Made by a program: the position numbers and the translations under genes
Assembly: GCA_050293845.1 (NCBI GenBank)
Contig: JBNKNM010000100.1
Span: 1-19,103 of the forward strand
DNA from: Pseudobacteriovorax sp.
Lineage (GTDB): Bacteria; Bdellovibrionota_B; Oligoflexia; Oligoflexales; Oligoflexaceae
Direction: 5' to 3'
DNA: 19,103 bases
In this document: in pieces, positions 6,540 to 16,232 of the stretch
Layout: every line of letters starts with the position of its first letter
Numbering within the stretch: the stretch's first letter is position 1
Notes under the pieces: model-generated
Told to the model about the DNA's origin: nothing
The model's database searches: none
What the model saw: the letters and a program-made list of their open reading frames with translations, nothing else

Positions 6540-9500
6540 GTGTGGGAATTCTGGGTAGATCGTGGGGGGACATTTACTGATATTATAGCAAAAACCCCTG
6601 AAAAAAAGTTAGTAGGCGCTAAAGTCCTTTCAGAGAACCCAGAACTATATTCTGATGCACCCATGTATGGCATTCAAAAGATTCTTAGCAAGCATGGCTT
6701 GAGTATAACTGAAGCAAGGATCAAAGCTATTAAAATGGGTACTACAGTCACTACAAATGCCTTATTGCAACGAACGGGTCTTCCCACTGCTCTTGTGGTG
6801 ACAAAAGGGTTTCGGGATATTTTTGAAATTGGGGATCAAAGTAGATCAGATTTATTTTCATTGAAAATTGTCAAAGAAAAACCCCTCTATCATGTTGTGG
6901 TGGAAGTTGAAGAAAGAATAGCTGCCGATGGAAAGGTCGTTACACCCCTTAATGAATCCATGCTAAGTGAAGAGTTGCAATCTATCTTAGACCAAGGGAT
7001 CTATTCTTGTGCTATAGTCTGCCTTCATGGCTATCGTTACCCGCATCATGAGCAGCGCATTGCAGAGGTTGCTAGAGCATTAGGGTTTAAAGAAGTCGTC
7101 TGTTCCTACATGTCTAGCCCTATGAGACGATTGATCCCCCGAGGAAACACGACGGTTCTGGATGCCTATTTGAATCCTGTGATAAAAAAATATTGGCAGC
7201 TATTTCAGCAGCAGTGGGGTGAGAGTGAAGCTTTTCCGATCCTTTTTATGCAGTCTAATGGAGGCTTGTGTTCTGGTAATCAACTTACAGGTAAGAATAG
7301 TCTGCTTTCAGGGCCAGCAGGAGGTGTCATTGGTGCGGTTAAGTCTCTTGTTAAGTTGAATATTGATAAGATTGTAGCTTTCGACATGGGAGGAACTTCT
7401 ACTGATGTTTGCCACTATGCAGGTATTATTGAGCGTGCCATGGAGCTGCAATTCGGCCAGCTGAATTTACAAACACCGACTATCGCTATTCATACAGTAG
7501 CAGCTGGTGGGGGCTCCCTAGTAAAATTTCATCAAGACCGTTATCAGGTAGGTCCTGAGTCGTCGGGTGCCCATCCAGGACCCGCCTGTTATGGCCAAGG
7601 TGGACCAGCTACTGTAACTGACTGTAATCTCATATTGGGACGTTTGGTGCCGGCAGCGTTCCCCAAAATTTTCGGACCTGATGGTGATAGGGGATTGGAT
7701 ATTCCAGCAGCTAGAGCAGCCTTGGAGTCATGGCAACGCAAAATTAAAGATGACCGATCCCTTGAAGGTGTGGCGGAAGCGTTTTTAAATTTGGCGATCT
7801 TTAATATGGCAAATGCAATCCGTAAGATTACAACTGAAAAGGGCGTCGATTTAGTCGATTACACCTTGTGTTCTTTAGGTAGTGCCAGTGGGCAGGTCGT
7901 ATGTAGAATCAGTGACGAACTGGGTATCAAAAAAATCATCATTCACCCCATGGCAGGCTTGCTTTCAGCTTTTGGTATCGGGAATGCTGATAAGATCCTA
8001 GCTTTTTCCGAATCCATCAACAGGCCTTTGCGAGATATTCAAGACAATGAACTGCATAGTCTTGTTGAAAAATTGAAAGAAAAATATTGCCAGCTATACA
8101 AGCTGGATCAACATTCGGCATGGTCCATTAAGTGTTATCTTAAAAGTAGCGACTCACAGGCTAAGATTCCGATAGAGCTTGATCAGATCGAAAGTATGAA
8201 AATGGCTTTTGAAAAGCAATTTCAGATGATGTTTGGGTTTATACCTGAAAGAAATAGCATTCAGCTAGACCTTATGGAACTTGAATATCGCGAAAATAAT
8301 GCAACTATGGATTATGAGTGCCAAGAACTTGAAGCTATTGCTACTTTTCCTAAGACACAGAAAATCTTCTGTCGTGGTCAATATCTGCTTGCCAATATTA
8401 AGCAACGAAACGAAATTGGTTCGCAGCGTATTTCTGGTCCGCTCATCATTTTGGATCAAACCGGTACCAATATAGTAGACCCTGGATGGACGGCTCACTC
8501 TGATGCAGCGGGAAATCTTATTTTGTCGAAAAACTGCGATGAAAAAATCTGGTCTACCGATCGAGATGATCGGGAAAAGGTGGACTCCTATAAGATAGAG
8601 CTATTTGGGAGATTATTTCAGCAGATATCAGAGCGTATGGGGGTCGTGTTACAAAGAACCAGCAGATCGGTAAATATCAGAGAACGGCTTGATTTTTCAT
8701 GTGCCATCTTTGATCAAAGGGGAAATCTAGTGGCAAATGCGCCCCATATTCCAGTGCATTTGGGATCTATGAGCAGTAGTGTAAAAAGCCTTCTTGAAAA
8801 GAAAAAATATGACATGACGCCCGGTGATTCCTTTATACATAACGATCCCTATAGTGGTGGTACCCATCTCCCCGACCTCACTGTGATTACCCCAGTGTTT
8901 TATAAAAACAGAGATCGTCCCTTGTTTTTTATCGCATCGCGGGGACATCATGCCGATATTGGCGGTATCTCACCAGGATCTATGCCTGCTTTTTCCAAGT
9001 CTATTGATGAGGAAGGTATCATGTTTGGCCATGACCTTATTGTGCGACAAGGGGAGTTTCGACAGGCTTTCTTAGAGAAAAAATTGCGTCGTGCTACCTA
9101 CCCAGCAAGACAGCCGGAAACTAATCTGGCCGATATCAAAGCACAGCTTGCTGCCAATCAGAAAGGTATTCAAGATCTATTCATGTCCTGTGATCGTTAT
9201 GGCTTGGAGCAGGTATTAAAATATATGCAGGGAATTCAAGATAATGCAGCAAAAGCGATACTTTCTTGTTACGACTCCATTCGTATCGGTAAGTCAAAAA
9301 TTATTGCTGATAACGGTATCAGAATTTGTTGCTCAGTGAACAAAAACCCAAAAACCAGAAAATTGGTTTTTGATTTTACGGGCAGTTCATGGCAACAGCA
9401 GAATAATTTTAATGCACCCTATGCTGTGGTAAAGGCAGCGATACTGTACTGTATCCGCTGCTTATTGGCAGAAAATATCCCTTTAAATGATGGCCTACTT

Positions 9501-10109
9501 AATAATATAGATATTATTATTCCTCCCAATAGCTGTCTTGCCCCTCAGTATCCCGCAGCAGTTGTTGCAGGTAATGTGGAATTGTCCCAATTGGTTGTCG
9601 ATGCTATTTTGGAGGCGACACAGCAATTGGCTAACAGCCAGGGTACTATGAATAATTTGACCTTTGGTAACAAGTATTTTCAGTACTATGAAACAATTTG
9701 TGGAGGTATGGGCGCTGGAGCAGGCTTTTCTGGAACCAGTACCATCCAAAGTCATATGACAAATTCTCGCCTTACGGATCCTGAAGTTATCGAAAGTCAG
9801 TTCCCTATTCGGGTAGAAACGTTTAAAATTAGGCGGGGTAGTGGTGGTAAAGGAGCATATGCAGGTGGGGATGGAGCAATCAGGGTTTTACGGTTTTTAA
9901 CCCCCATGCAAGTAAGTATGATAGGAAATCGCAGGACTTCGCGGCCACAGGGAATTGGTGGGGGAGGACCTGCAAAACCTGGGGAAAATATATTGATGAC
10001 TGAACCTAAAGGTAAAAAAATGTTACTCAGTTGCTTTTTAGAGAACGTGAACACTAATGATATGTTAGTGATAAAAACTCCAGGTGGAGGAGCTTATGGA
10101 AAGGAATGA
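6540..10109 (+). CDS. oplA: Fused hydantoinase A/B, ATP-dependent 5-oxoprolinase (OPLAH type)
   Basis: [126 protein letters not shown]. Likely start GTG 6540 after AAGGA. Confidence 0.94.
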   Translation: MWEFWVDRGGTFTDIIAKTPEKKLVGAKVLSENPELYSDAPMYGIQKILSKHGLSITEARIKAIKMGTTVTTNALLQRTGLPTALVVTKGFRDIFEIGDQSRSDLFSLKIVKEKPLYHVVVEVEERIAADGKVVTPLNESMLSEELQSILDQGIYSCAIVCLHGYRYPHHEQRIAEVARALGFKEVVCSYMSSPMRRLIPRGNTTVLDAYLNPVIKKYWQLFQQQWGESEAFPILFMQSNGGLCSGNQLTGKNSLLSGPAGGVIGAVKSLVKLNIDKIVAFDMGGTSTDVCHYAGIIERAMELQFGQLNLQTPTIAIHTVAAGGGSLVKFHQDRYQVGPESSGAHPGPACYGQGGPATVTDCNLILGRLVPAAFPKIFGPDGDRGLDIPAARAALESWQRKIKDDRSLEGVAEAFLNLAIFNMANAIRKITTEKGVDLVDYTLCSLGSASGQVVCRISDELGIKKIIIHPMAGLLSAFGIGNADKILAFSESINRPLRDIQDNELHSLVEKLKEKYCQLYKLDQHSAWSIKCYLKSSDSQAKIPIELDQIESMKMAFEKQFQMMFGFIPERNSIQLDLMELEYRENNATMDYECQELEAIATFPKTQKIFCRGQYLLANIKQRNEIGSQRISGPLIILDQTGTNIVDPGWTAHSDAAGNLILSKNCDEKIWSTDRDDREKVDSYKIELFGRLFQQISERMGVVLQRTSRSVNIRERLDFSCAIFDQRGNLVANAPHIPVHLGSMSSSVKSLLEKKKYDMTPGDSFIHNDPYSGGTHLPDLTVITPVFYKNRDRPLFFIASRGHHADIGGISPGSMPAFSKSIDEEGIMFGHDLIVRQGEFRQAFLEKKLRRATYPARQPETNLADIKAQLAANQKGIQDLFMSCDRYGLEQVLKYMQGIQDNAAKAILSCYDSIRIGKSKIIADNGIRICCSVNKNPKTRKLVFDFTGSSWQQQNNFNAPYAVVKAAILYCIRCLLAENIPLNDGLLNNIDIIIPPNSCLAPQYPAAVVAGNVELSQLVVDAILEATQQLANSQGTMNNLTFGNKYFQYYETICGGMGAGAGFSGTSTIQSHMTNSRLTDPEVIESQFPIRVETFKIRRGSGGKGAYAGGDGAIRVLRFLTPMQVSMIGNRRTSRPQGIGGGGPAKPGENILMTEPKGKKMLLSCFLENVNTNDMLVIKTPGGGAYGKE

Positions 10110-10599
10110 GTGGTGATAGGTTCAATACAGGAACTACTCAAATTACTCAGTAAGCAAGAAAAGCGTTTGCACCTTTAGGAGGATTTGTGCTTTCGGATAA
10201 ACGCCGCCTGTTCCATTCTACAGCGTCAAAAAATAGATCAACACCTTGTCGATCAGCTATGGCTACTTCGATACCTTGATGACTAGTTCCAGTCGTGACA
10301 TTTTGTCTTGCATGGTTATTTCCATCGTATAGATCTATGGTTTGGCATTAATTTGATACAGCTCATCACTAAAAGTCTCTAATGGGTAATATGTTCATCG
10401 GATGCGAACTTTCTGTGGAGCTAATGCTCGAATCTCGTAGTCTATTGCAATTGAAGAGTGGCCATTGCACGTCGACGGGCTCTCAAAACTGAATAAAAGC
10501 GGACTTGAGCACAGCTAGTGCGTTGACTAGACATAGAATTCTTAGTTCATAAAAATGATAGTGCTGACAAGTTAATGGTGACACTCGGATAAAGCTTGA

Positions 10600-10639
10600 A
10601 ATTGCTCAGTCTTTAGGCCATATCAAAGACGGAGCGATT
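10600..10639 (+). promoter_or_regulatory. Stem-loop immediately upstream of the ABC operon RBS
   Basis: AATTGCTC-A-GTCTTT, 10-nt loop, AAAGAC-G-GAGCGATT. It ends 21 nt before GTG 10661 and has no strong U-tract. Confidence 0.5.
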
Positions 10640-10660
10640 GATTTAAAGATAGGACAAACT

Positions 10661-11497
10661 GTGCTAAGACTTGCTATTCTGGGCTTCTTTTTCTTATATT
10701 TCCCTTTTATCTTGGCGAAAGCTGATAAAAAACCGCAGCGGATCGTTACAACATTTGTAGGTGCCGATGTCATCGTTTATGAGCTGCTCCGCGGCGAGCC
10801 GGAGCGCTTGCTTGCTGTGTCTCCCTTGGGTCTCGATAAAGCTTACTCCCCCATTTATAATGAGCTAAGTCAAAATGTAAAAACCTTTGGCTGGGAATTA
10901 GAAAGTTTGCTGCTACTAAAACCAGATTTGGTCATAGCGGCGAAATATACTCGTGCTGAATGGTTAGCTATGTTGGGACAGGCAAAAGTTAATACCCTCA
11001 AACTGGAAAACTTTTCTTCACTAGCGGACATCAAGGAAAATATTCTCAAAATTGGTCAAGCCATTCAACGACTTCCTCAAGCACAAGCCATAGTTGCAGT
11101 TATGGATAAAAAATTGCTTAGCTTGCAAAAAAATTGCCCATTAAAGGGTAAAAAAATTCTAAACTATAATCCTGAAGGTACGCTTTTCGGCAAAGGAACA
11201 ACCTTTGACGATCTGTTTACCCATGTGGGGGTCCGAAACTTAGCTGGTGAACTAGGTATTAAAGGTTGGTCTCAAGTTCCCCGGGAGCAATTAGCTAGTA
11301 TGATGCCTGATTACGTTGTTGCCACTGGGGAAGAAAGTCATCGCATAAAGCTGCTTGGTAAACTACGTTCTAGTTTAGGGTGGAAACAGTTGCCCGCTAT
11401 AAAACGCGGACAATTGATCCTGATACCAGGACGCTTTTTATCCTCTGTAACCCATTGGTCTTTGCGAGCTTTGGAGATCGCTTGTGGCCAAATATAG
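10661..11497 (+). CDS. ABC transporter substrate-binding protein, BtuF/FepB-like (cobalamin or iron chelate)
   Basis: Signal peptide, PQRIVT, ESLLLLKPDLVIA, GKGTTFDDL...GVRNLA, W.QV..EQL...PDYVV, WKQLPAIKRG. Confidence 0.87.
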   Translation: MLRLAILGFFFLYFPFILAKADKKPQRIVTTFVGADVIVYELLRGEPERLLAVSPLGLDKAYSPIYNELSQNVKTFGWELESLLLLKPDLVIAAKYTRAEWLAMLGQAKVNTLKLENFSSLADIKENILKIGQAIQRLPQAQAIVAVMDKKLLSLQKNCPLKGKKILNYNPEGTLFGKGTTFDDLFTHVGVRNLAGELGIKGWSQVPREQLASMMPDYVVATGEESHRIKLLGKLRSSLGWKQLPAIKRGQLILIPGRFLSSVTHWSLRALEIACGQI

Positions 11498-12482
11498 TCG
11501 AACCCACCTAGGAGTTGTGCTCAGCCTGGTGGTGTTTTTAGCGACATTGATCATAGGGATTTCCTGGGGAGCTAGTGGCTTTTTCCTCGATGGGATTGGA
11601 GAACAGAACTCTCAGCAGCGACTCATACTTTTCACCATAAGAGTTCCCAGGGTATTAGTTGCAGGAATCTGTGGAGCATCCTTAGCTCTCGCTGGAGTGG
11701 TAAGCCAGGGGCTATTTCGCAACCCCTTAGCAGGGCCCACCATTTTAGGGACTACAGGGGGGGCCAACATGCTTGTTGTCCTATTCATGTTCCTCGGGAT
11801 AACTCAAGACCACTGGTTTTATCCTCCTATAATAGCTTTTCTGGGGGCCGGATTTTCTACGGTAGTTGTTATAAGACTAGCTTTGTCGCGCGTTTTCCTG
11901 CGTGGAGAACGGTTGCTATTGGCAGGGTTCGCTCTGAATAGCTTGTTTGCAGCTGTAACGACTTTTATTCTTTCCCTTAGTCTAAATGAGTATGGTCTTT
12001 CCCAATCTATCGTTTACTGGCTATTAGGTGGGTGTAATGGCAAGGGGTGGCACCATGTATTCATGGGATTACCTTGGTTTAGCTTGGGAATTTTCCTGTC
12101 TTTCTTTCTGGCGAAGCAGTTGAATGTGCTCAATTTAGGCGAGGATTTGGCAAGTTCATTGAGTATAAACCTCAAGCGCTTACGGGTACTCTCGATCTTA
12201 GCTATGGCGATTCTCGTTGCTGGTGCCGTAGCCCTATGTGGTGGCATTGGTTTCATTGGACTTATTGTTCCTCATTTTACGCGGCTATACTCAGGAGCGG
12301 AAAATCGTCGCCTTATGGTTCTATCCCTATTCAATGGTGCTTCCTTACTGATAGCTGCGGACACAGTTGCAAGAACGGTTTTATTACCGCAGGAGCTTCA
12401 GGTTGGTGCCATTATTTCTCTGATCGGAGCCCCACTGTTTCTTATTCTAATGGCTGTAAGAGCACGCAATCAGGAGAGTTGA
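11484..12482 (+). CDS. FecCD/BtuC-family ABC permease
   Basis: IRVPRVLVA, GASLALAG..SQGLFRNPLA.P.ILG, WLLG, LNVLNLGEDLASSL, GGIGFIGLIVPH, ADTVAR, IGAPLF. Overlaps the previous stop. Confidence 0.93.
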   Translation: MAKYSRTHLGVVLSLVVFLATLIIGISWGASGFFLDGIGEQNSQQRLILFTIRVPRVLVAGICGASLALAGVVSQGLFRNPLAGPTILGTTGGANMLVVLFMFLGITQDHWFYPPIIAFLGAGFSTVVVIRLALSRVFLRGERLLLAGFALNSLFAAVTTFILSLSLNEYGLSQSIVYWLLGGCNGKGWHHVFMGLPWFSLGIFLSFFLAKQLNVLNLGEDLASSLSINLKRLRVLSILAMAILVAGAVALCGGIGFIGLIVPHFTRLYSGAENRRLMVLSLFNGASLLIAADTVARTVLLPQELQVGAIISLIGAPLFLILMAVRARNQES

Positions 12483-12483
12483 G

Positions 12484-13188
12484 GTGTTTCATATTGATTC
12501 CATGAAGGTTATAAAGAATAAGCAGCCTATATTAAAGATCGATCACCTCGATTTCCATAAGCCAGAGCTAAACTTCGTGATTGGCCCCAATGGAGCTGGA
12601 AAAACGACCTTATTGAGGGTCTTGGCAGGCCTGGAGCCATACGAAGGGCATATTTTCTTTCGCCAGCAGGAATGCCGGAAGGTCAATAAACGGCAATTTG
12701 CAACAGAAGTTGCTTGGATGCCATCTGCAAGCTACCCTAGCTTTGACTTAAGGGTGCAGGACCTGCTGCAATTGGGTCGTTATCCTTGGCATCAGGGTTT
12801 TCCCCAGGAGAAAGACAGACTGCAGATTGAAAAGGCCTTGTCCACCTTACAAATAGAGCACTTATCCTTACGGCTGGTCTCATCCCTAAGTTCAGGAGAG
12901 TACCAGAAAGTGCAAATTGCCAGGGCTCTGGCGGGAGAGGCTCGCTGTTTAATCCTTGATGAGCCCTGCTCTCACCTTGATATTGGCGCACGCTTGGAGT
13001 TCTGCCAAATATTGAAAGAGCTGGGTATGATGACGATTATGTCAAGCCATGACCATTTTCTGGCTCATAAGTTTGCTGACCGGTGTATCTGTATTAAGGC
13101 CGGGACGGTTTTTAATATCATAGCAGGAAAACCAGAGCTTACCGATATCGCAGAATTATTTTCAGTTAACCCAGCATACTTAACTTAG
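12484..13188 (+). CDS. ABC transporter ATP-binding protein, FepC/BtuD-like
   Basis: Walker A GPNGAGKTT, LGRYPW, signature LSSGEYQ, Walker B LILDEP, H-loop SSHD. Confidence 0.92.
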   Translation: MFHIDSMKVIKNKQPILKIDHLDFHKPELNFVIGPNGAGKTTLLRVLAGLEPYEGHIFFRQQECRKVNKRQFATEVAWMPSASYPSFDLRVQDLLQLGRYPWHQGFPQEKDRLQIEKALSTLQIEHLSLRLVSSLSSGEYQKVQIARALAGEARCLILDEPCSHLDIGARLEFCQILKELGMMTIMSSHDHFLAHKFADRCICIKAGTVFNIIAGKPELTDIAELFSVNPAYLT

Positions 13189-14224
13189 ACCTTGGTTTGT
13201 ACCATTGTTCGATGGCTTTTTTAGTAAGGTAATTTTTTTCACCGCTACAGAGATGAGACCATTGATGCTCGCTGTTGACGGCTTTTAACAAAAAATCGAA
13301 CAGAGTAAGGTGACGACGCTGGATGCGTTTTAGTCTATGGGGCATAATAGGGTTGAAAATACCGAAGGGTGATACCAGCTGACGGGGATTTTTACGAATC
13401 CAATGCCAAGAGCCCATTTCCAAACAAAGGGGGAGAAAAGTCATCTTTTGATCTACATTTTTTTTGCGAAACCTATAGTACATATAATCCCATAAATCTC
13501 CATGGGCCATGTACTGTAAATTTTGGGGTTCAATTGTGTAAACATGCTGAGGGTAGCTGTAGTCCAGGAGGCGTTTAAGGGCTAGCACCTTGTAGGCTTC
13601 AGGAAAAACAGAACGCGAATGCGCATAGGGAAACCAAATGCGATCGACTAGGCCAAAGCCTGAGTGTACATCCAATATAACAGTGGTATTTGCTTGGAAA
13701 GTATTTTGCTCAATAAACTGACACAGAATCTCAGATTCTTTTTCCATGTGATTCTGATCATAACCTCGGTACCAGGGGATCTTGGGACTAATGCGGTGAC
13801 CTCCGATGATTGGCATTACTGCAGATTTTGCTTCGATAGGTGCATTTCTCATAAGATCTACACCATGTCCATTAGAGCGAGAGCCGCGATACATCCCGAC
13901 TGGATTTGCCAAAGGATAGAACAATAGCTGGCAATGCTCCATCAAGGACTTTACCCCTGGGTCCCACTTTAAAAGTCGGATCATAGTATTCAGATAGGAT
14001 GTAACAACATGGGTTCCTATTTTTTCAAGACCATGAATACCTCCTATGATCACCAGCTTTGGAACATTGGGATTGTTATTTCCAAATTTGAAAGAAAGGA
14101 TCGGGAACTGCTTGCGCTTATAGTTAATAAGTCCTTCTTCAACGCATTCTCCTACTCCCTCTAAGTTTTGGGCACATCTAAAAATATCGTTGAGTTCACC
14201 AAAGAAAGATAGTTGCGATGTCAA
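13166..14224 (-). CDS. M14 family zinc carboxypeptidase-like protein
   Basis: GGIHGLE (HxxE), PLANPVG, RSNGHGVDLMRN, LDVHSG (third ligand), CLEMG (catalytic Glu). TTG start 10 nt after the olsB stop. No signal peptide. Confidence 0.85.
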   Translation of the reverse strand: MTSQLSFFGELNDIFRCAQNLEGVGECVEEGLINYKRKQFPILSFKFGNNNPNVPKLVIIGGIHGLEKIGTHVVTSYLNTMIRLLKWDPGVKSLMEHCQLLFYPLANPVGMYRGSRSNGHGVDLMRNAPIEAKSAVMPIIGGHRISPKIPWYRGYDQNHMEKESEILCQFIEQNTFQANTTVILDVHSGFGLVDRIWFPYAHSRSVFPEAYKVLALKRLLDYSYPQHVYTIEPQNLQYMAHGDLWDYMYYRFRKKNVDQKMTFLPLCLEMGSWHWIRKNPRQLVSPFGIFNPIMPHRLKRIQRRHLTLFDFLLKAVNSEHQWSHLCSGEKNYLTKKAIEQWYKPRSKLSMLG

Positions 14225-14234
14225 AGGATTATCC

Positions 14235-15065
14235 TTATTGAATTTGACATCGGATATATTTTTTATGGTAGGAGCTGGATAACTGCCTGAAATCTAAGAC
14301 TGTGAAAAAATCGATACACCCAAATCGTAAGTCGATAGCGGGTGGTCCAAATATCTTGGCACCAGCTTTGAGATACCCCCACAATAAAGGAGGAATGAGA
14401 TCATTATTTCCTATCATATCGATGTCGAAGTTTAGCTCTAGAGTATCTATTGTAATAAAATGGTAGTGATTTTTAGGAGTAATGTCAAACTCCTGGGAAG
14501 TGACTCCGATGTCAATGAGGTGTCTATAAATTTTTACTATTTCTTTTAAATGCAGCGACTGAACGCTGGAGCAACCAAACAGATAGCGGGCTCCACTTCG
14601 GACCATATATTCGGCTAAACCACGCCATAATAGATGTAAGGCTATGGAAGTGCGAGCTTCTTTTTTAACGCAAGCGCGGCTTAGCTCCAGCTTTTGTTCC
14701 GGTATCTTGAAGAAATCTTTTGCTTCAAACTCGGTAGCTGAATAGAACTTATCAGAAAACGCCGAGCATATAAGCCTATAGCTGGCGATGACCCTACCGT
14801 GTTTTTTAATAATTAGAAAATCTGCGTGAGCATCAAACTGATCGCTATCGGATTCATCTTGTAGGTTTTCTGCTGCAAACTCACCTAAAAAAACTTCCTT
14901 ACGAAGTTCCATAACATCTTGAAATTCTTTCGAAGAATCGGCGATTTTAATCGTATAGTGTCCTTGGATGATGGTAAAAAATATTTTTGCATGCCAAGTG
15001 ACGGGAATCTTTATGGGTTGTGGGGATACTGTGTTGATGGATACCAAAGGTTGCAGTGCGCACAT
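14235..15065 (-). CDS. olsB: OlsB-like GNAT N-acyltransferase (lyso-ornithine lipid synthase)
   Basis: LRKEVF..E, DSDQFD, IASYRL, FYSATEF, LELSRACV, LLWRGL, RYLFGCSS, IPPLLWGYLKAGA, PAIDLRFGCIDF. GGAG lies 7 nt before ATG 15065. The longer 15236 start would overlap the divergent gene. Confidence 0.85.
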   Translation of the reverse strand: MCALQPLVSINTVSPQPIKIPVTWHAKIFFTIIQGHYTIKIADSSKEFQDVMELRKEVFLGEFAAENLQDESDSDQFDAHADFLIIKKHGRVIASYRLICSAFSDKFYSATEFEAKDFFKIPEQKLELSRACVKKEARTSIALHLLWRGLAEYMVRSGARYLFGCSSVQSLHLKEIVKIYRHLIDIGVTSQEFDITPKNHYHFITIDTLELNFDIDMIGNNDLIPPLLWGYLKAGAKIFGPPAIDLRFGCIDFFTVLDFRQLSSSYHKKYIRCQIQ

Positions 15066-15227
15066 GGTCAGGCTCCTATAAAGTTTAGGGCTTGTTTGCC
15101 TTAGAAAGTATGGTTTAGTTTTTTGAAGCCTATTTAAAGCAAACGTTAACTGTGAATAAAGTTGCTGACCCCACCGTAGATTTGCAGTTAAGCTTGTGAC
15201 ATATGATCTTGTGTGGGGGTAAATGTT

Positions 15228-16058
15228 GTGAAGCAATTGCGTGCGAGCTATCGAATGGTAATACTTATTTTGATTATGGGGAGTCTCTTTGGAACTAGTT
15301 TGCTCATTGTACTATTTGCGAAAGCAAGTATTCTGCGAAGTTTCTATAAAATACACATGGAAGGAGAAATTGCAAAAAATATGCAACAGCACTTCCGGCT
15401 GCTTTTACGACTTATGAATGTAAAATGGCAGGTTTCTGAGGATCTGCAAGAGCCTATCATATCAAAAGGAAGTCTTTTTCTAAGCAATCATATTAGTTAT
15501 TTAGATATCATTTTACTTTCCGCTGCTTATCCTATGGCTTTCGTTGCCAAAAAGGAAGTAAGTACGTGGCTCGGATTGGGAACCCTCGTGAGGATGATGA
15601 ATACGATTTTTGTAGTTCGCGACAGCATAGCTAGTCGAGTTCAATGTATTAGAAGTTTGCAACGAAATATTAAAAGTACTAACTACTGCGTTTTTCCCGA
15701 AGGTACAACAACTTTATCAAAAGTACCAAAAATAAAGAATTGGAAGGCGGGTAATCTTTTTGTTGCAAAGATTTCTAAGACTCGAGTCATTGCGACGAGC
15801 GTGTGTTATCAAGATCATAATGATCTTTATTGGATAGATGACATGACCTTGCTACCTCATCTTTGGAAACTTCTACAGAAAAAACGAATCGTGGCCGGGA
15901 TACAGCTGAAGGAGTTTAGAAGTCGTGATTTACTTACAGATAATATACGAAAAACGGCGCGAAAAGTGTGCAGTGAAGTATCCTATTTATGTCAGGATAC
16001 AGAGTTTCTTTTTGCTCAGCCGTTAAAGATGATCCCGACTTGGGAGTTATCAAAATAA
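15228..16058 (+). CDS. olsA: PlsC/OlsA-family lysolipid O-acyltransferase
   Basis: SNHISYLD (HX4D), FVAKKEV..W..LG, IFVVRD, VFPEGTT, WIDDM.LLPHLW, N-terminal TM segment. Divergent from olsB. Start could be GTG 15213, GTG 15228 or ATG 15254-region; the olsA symbol rests on gene context. Confidence 0.82.
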   Translation: MKQLRASYRMVILILIMGSLFGTSLLIVLFAKASILRSFYKIHMEGEIAKNMQQHFRLLLRLMNVKWQVSEDLQEPIISKGSLFLSNHISYLDIILLSAAYPMAFVAKKEVSTWLGLGTLVRMMNTIFVVRDSIASRVQCIRSLQRNIKSTNYCVFPEGTTTLSKVPKIKNWKAGNLFVAKISKTRVIATSVCYQDHNDLYWIDDMTLLPHLWKLLQKKRIVAGIQLKEFRSRDLLTDNIRKTARKVCSEVSYLCQDTEFLFAQPLKMIPTWELSK

Positions 16059-16084
16059 CATTTCAAATAAAATTATAGCAGAGT

Positions 16085-16147
16085 TTGCTGTTTTGCAATA
16101 ATGCTATCAACTTAGCTTAAGTTGCTGTATTGAATAATGCTATTATT
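16085..16147. repeat. Imperfect ~22-bp direct repeat flanking a 17-bp palindrome
   Basis: TTGCTGTTTTGCAATAATGCTAT (16085-16107) and TTGCTGTATTGAATAATGCTAT (16122-16143), CAACTTA-GCT-TAAGTTG (16108-16124), AATAAT-GCT-ATTATT (16133-16147). Confidence 0.6.
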
Positions 16148-16232
16148 AATTACTCAAGGTTATTAGCGGAACAATCGATACTGTTAAAGCAGTTTTTTTA
16201 AAGTTATGCCCCATAGCCGTAAGGGTTGATTT

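Noticed and set aside
6485..10054. Six short alternative-frame or antisense ORFs inside oplA
   Set aside because: Nested in a conserved gene of about 1190 aa, with no independent signals.
10110..10660. Cobalamin riboswitch upstream of the Btu-like operon
   Set aside because: Could not find the GGGAA, GCCACTG or AGYCAGRAGACC conserved elements.
12014..15104. Short overlapping ORFs in the ABC, M14 and olsB genes
   Set aside because: Shadow ORFs with no family motifs.
15066..15227. Pho box in the olsB/olsA divergent region
   Set aside because: A GTCAC half-site is present but there is no partner at 11-bp spacing.
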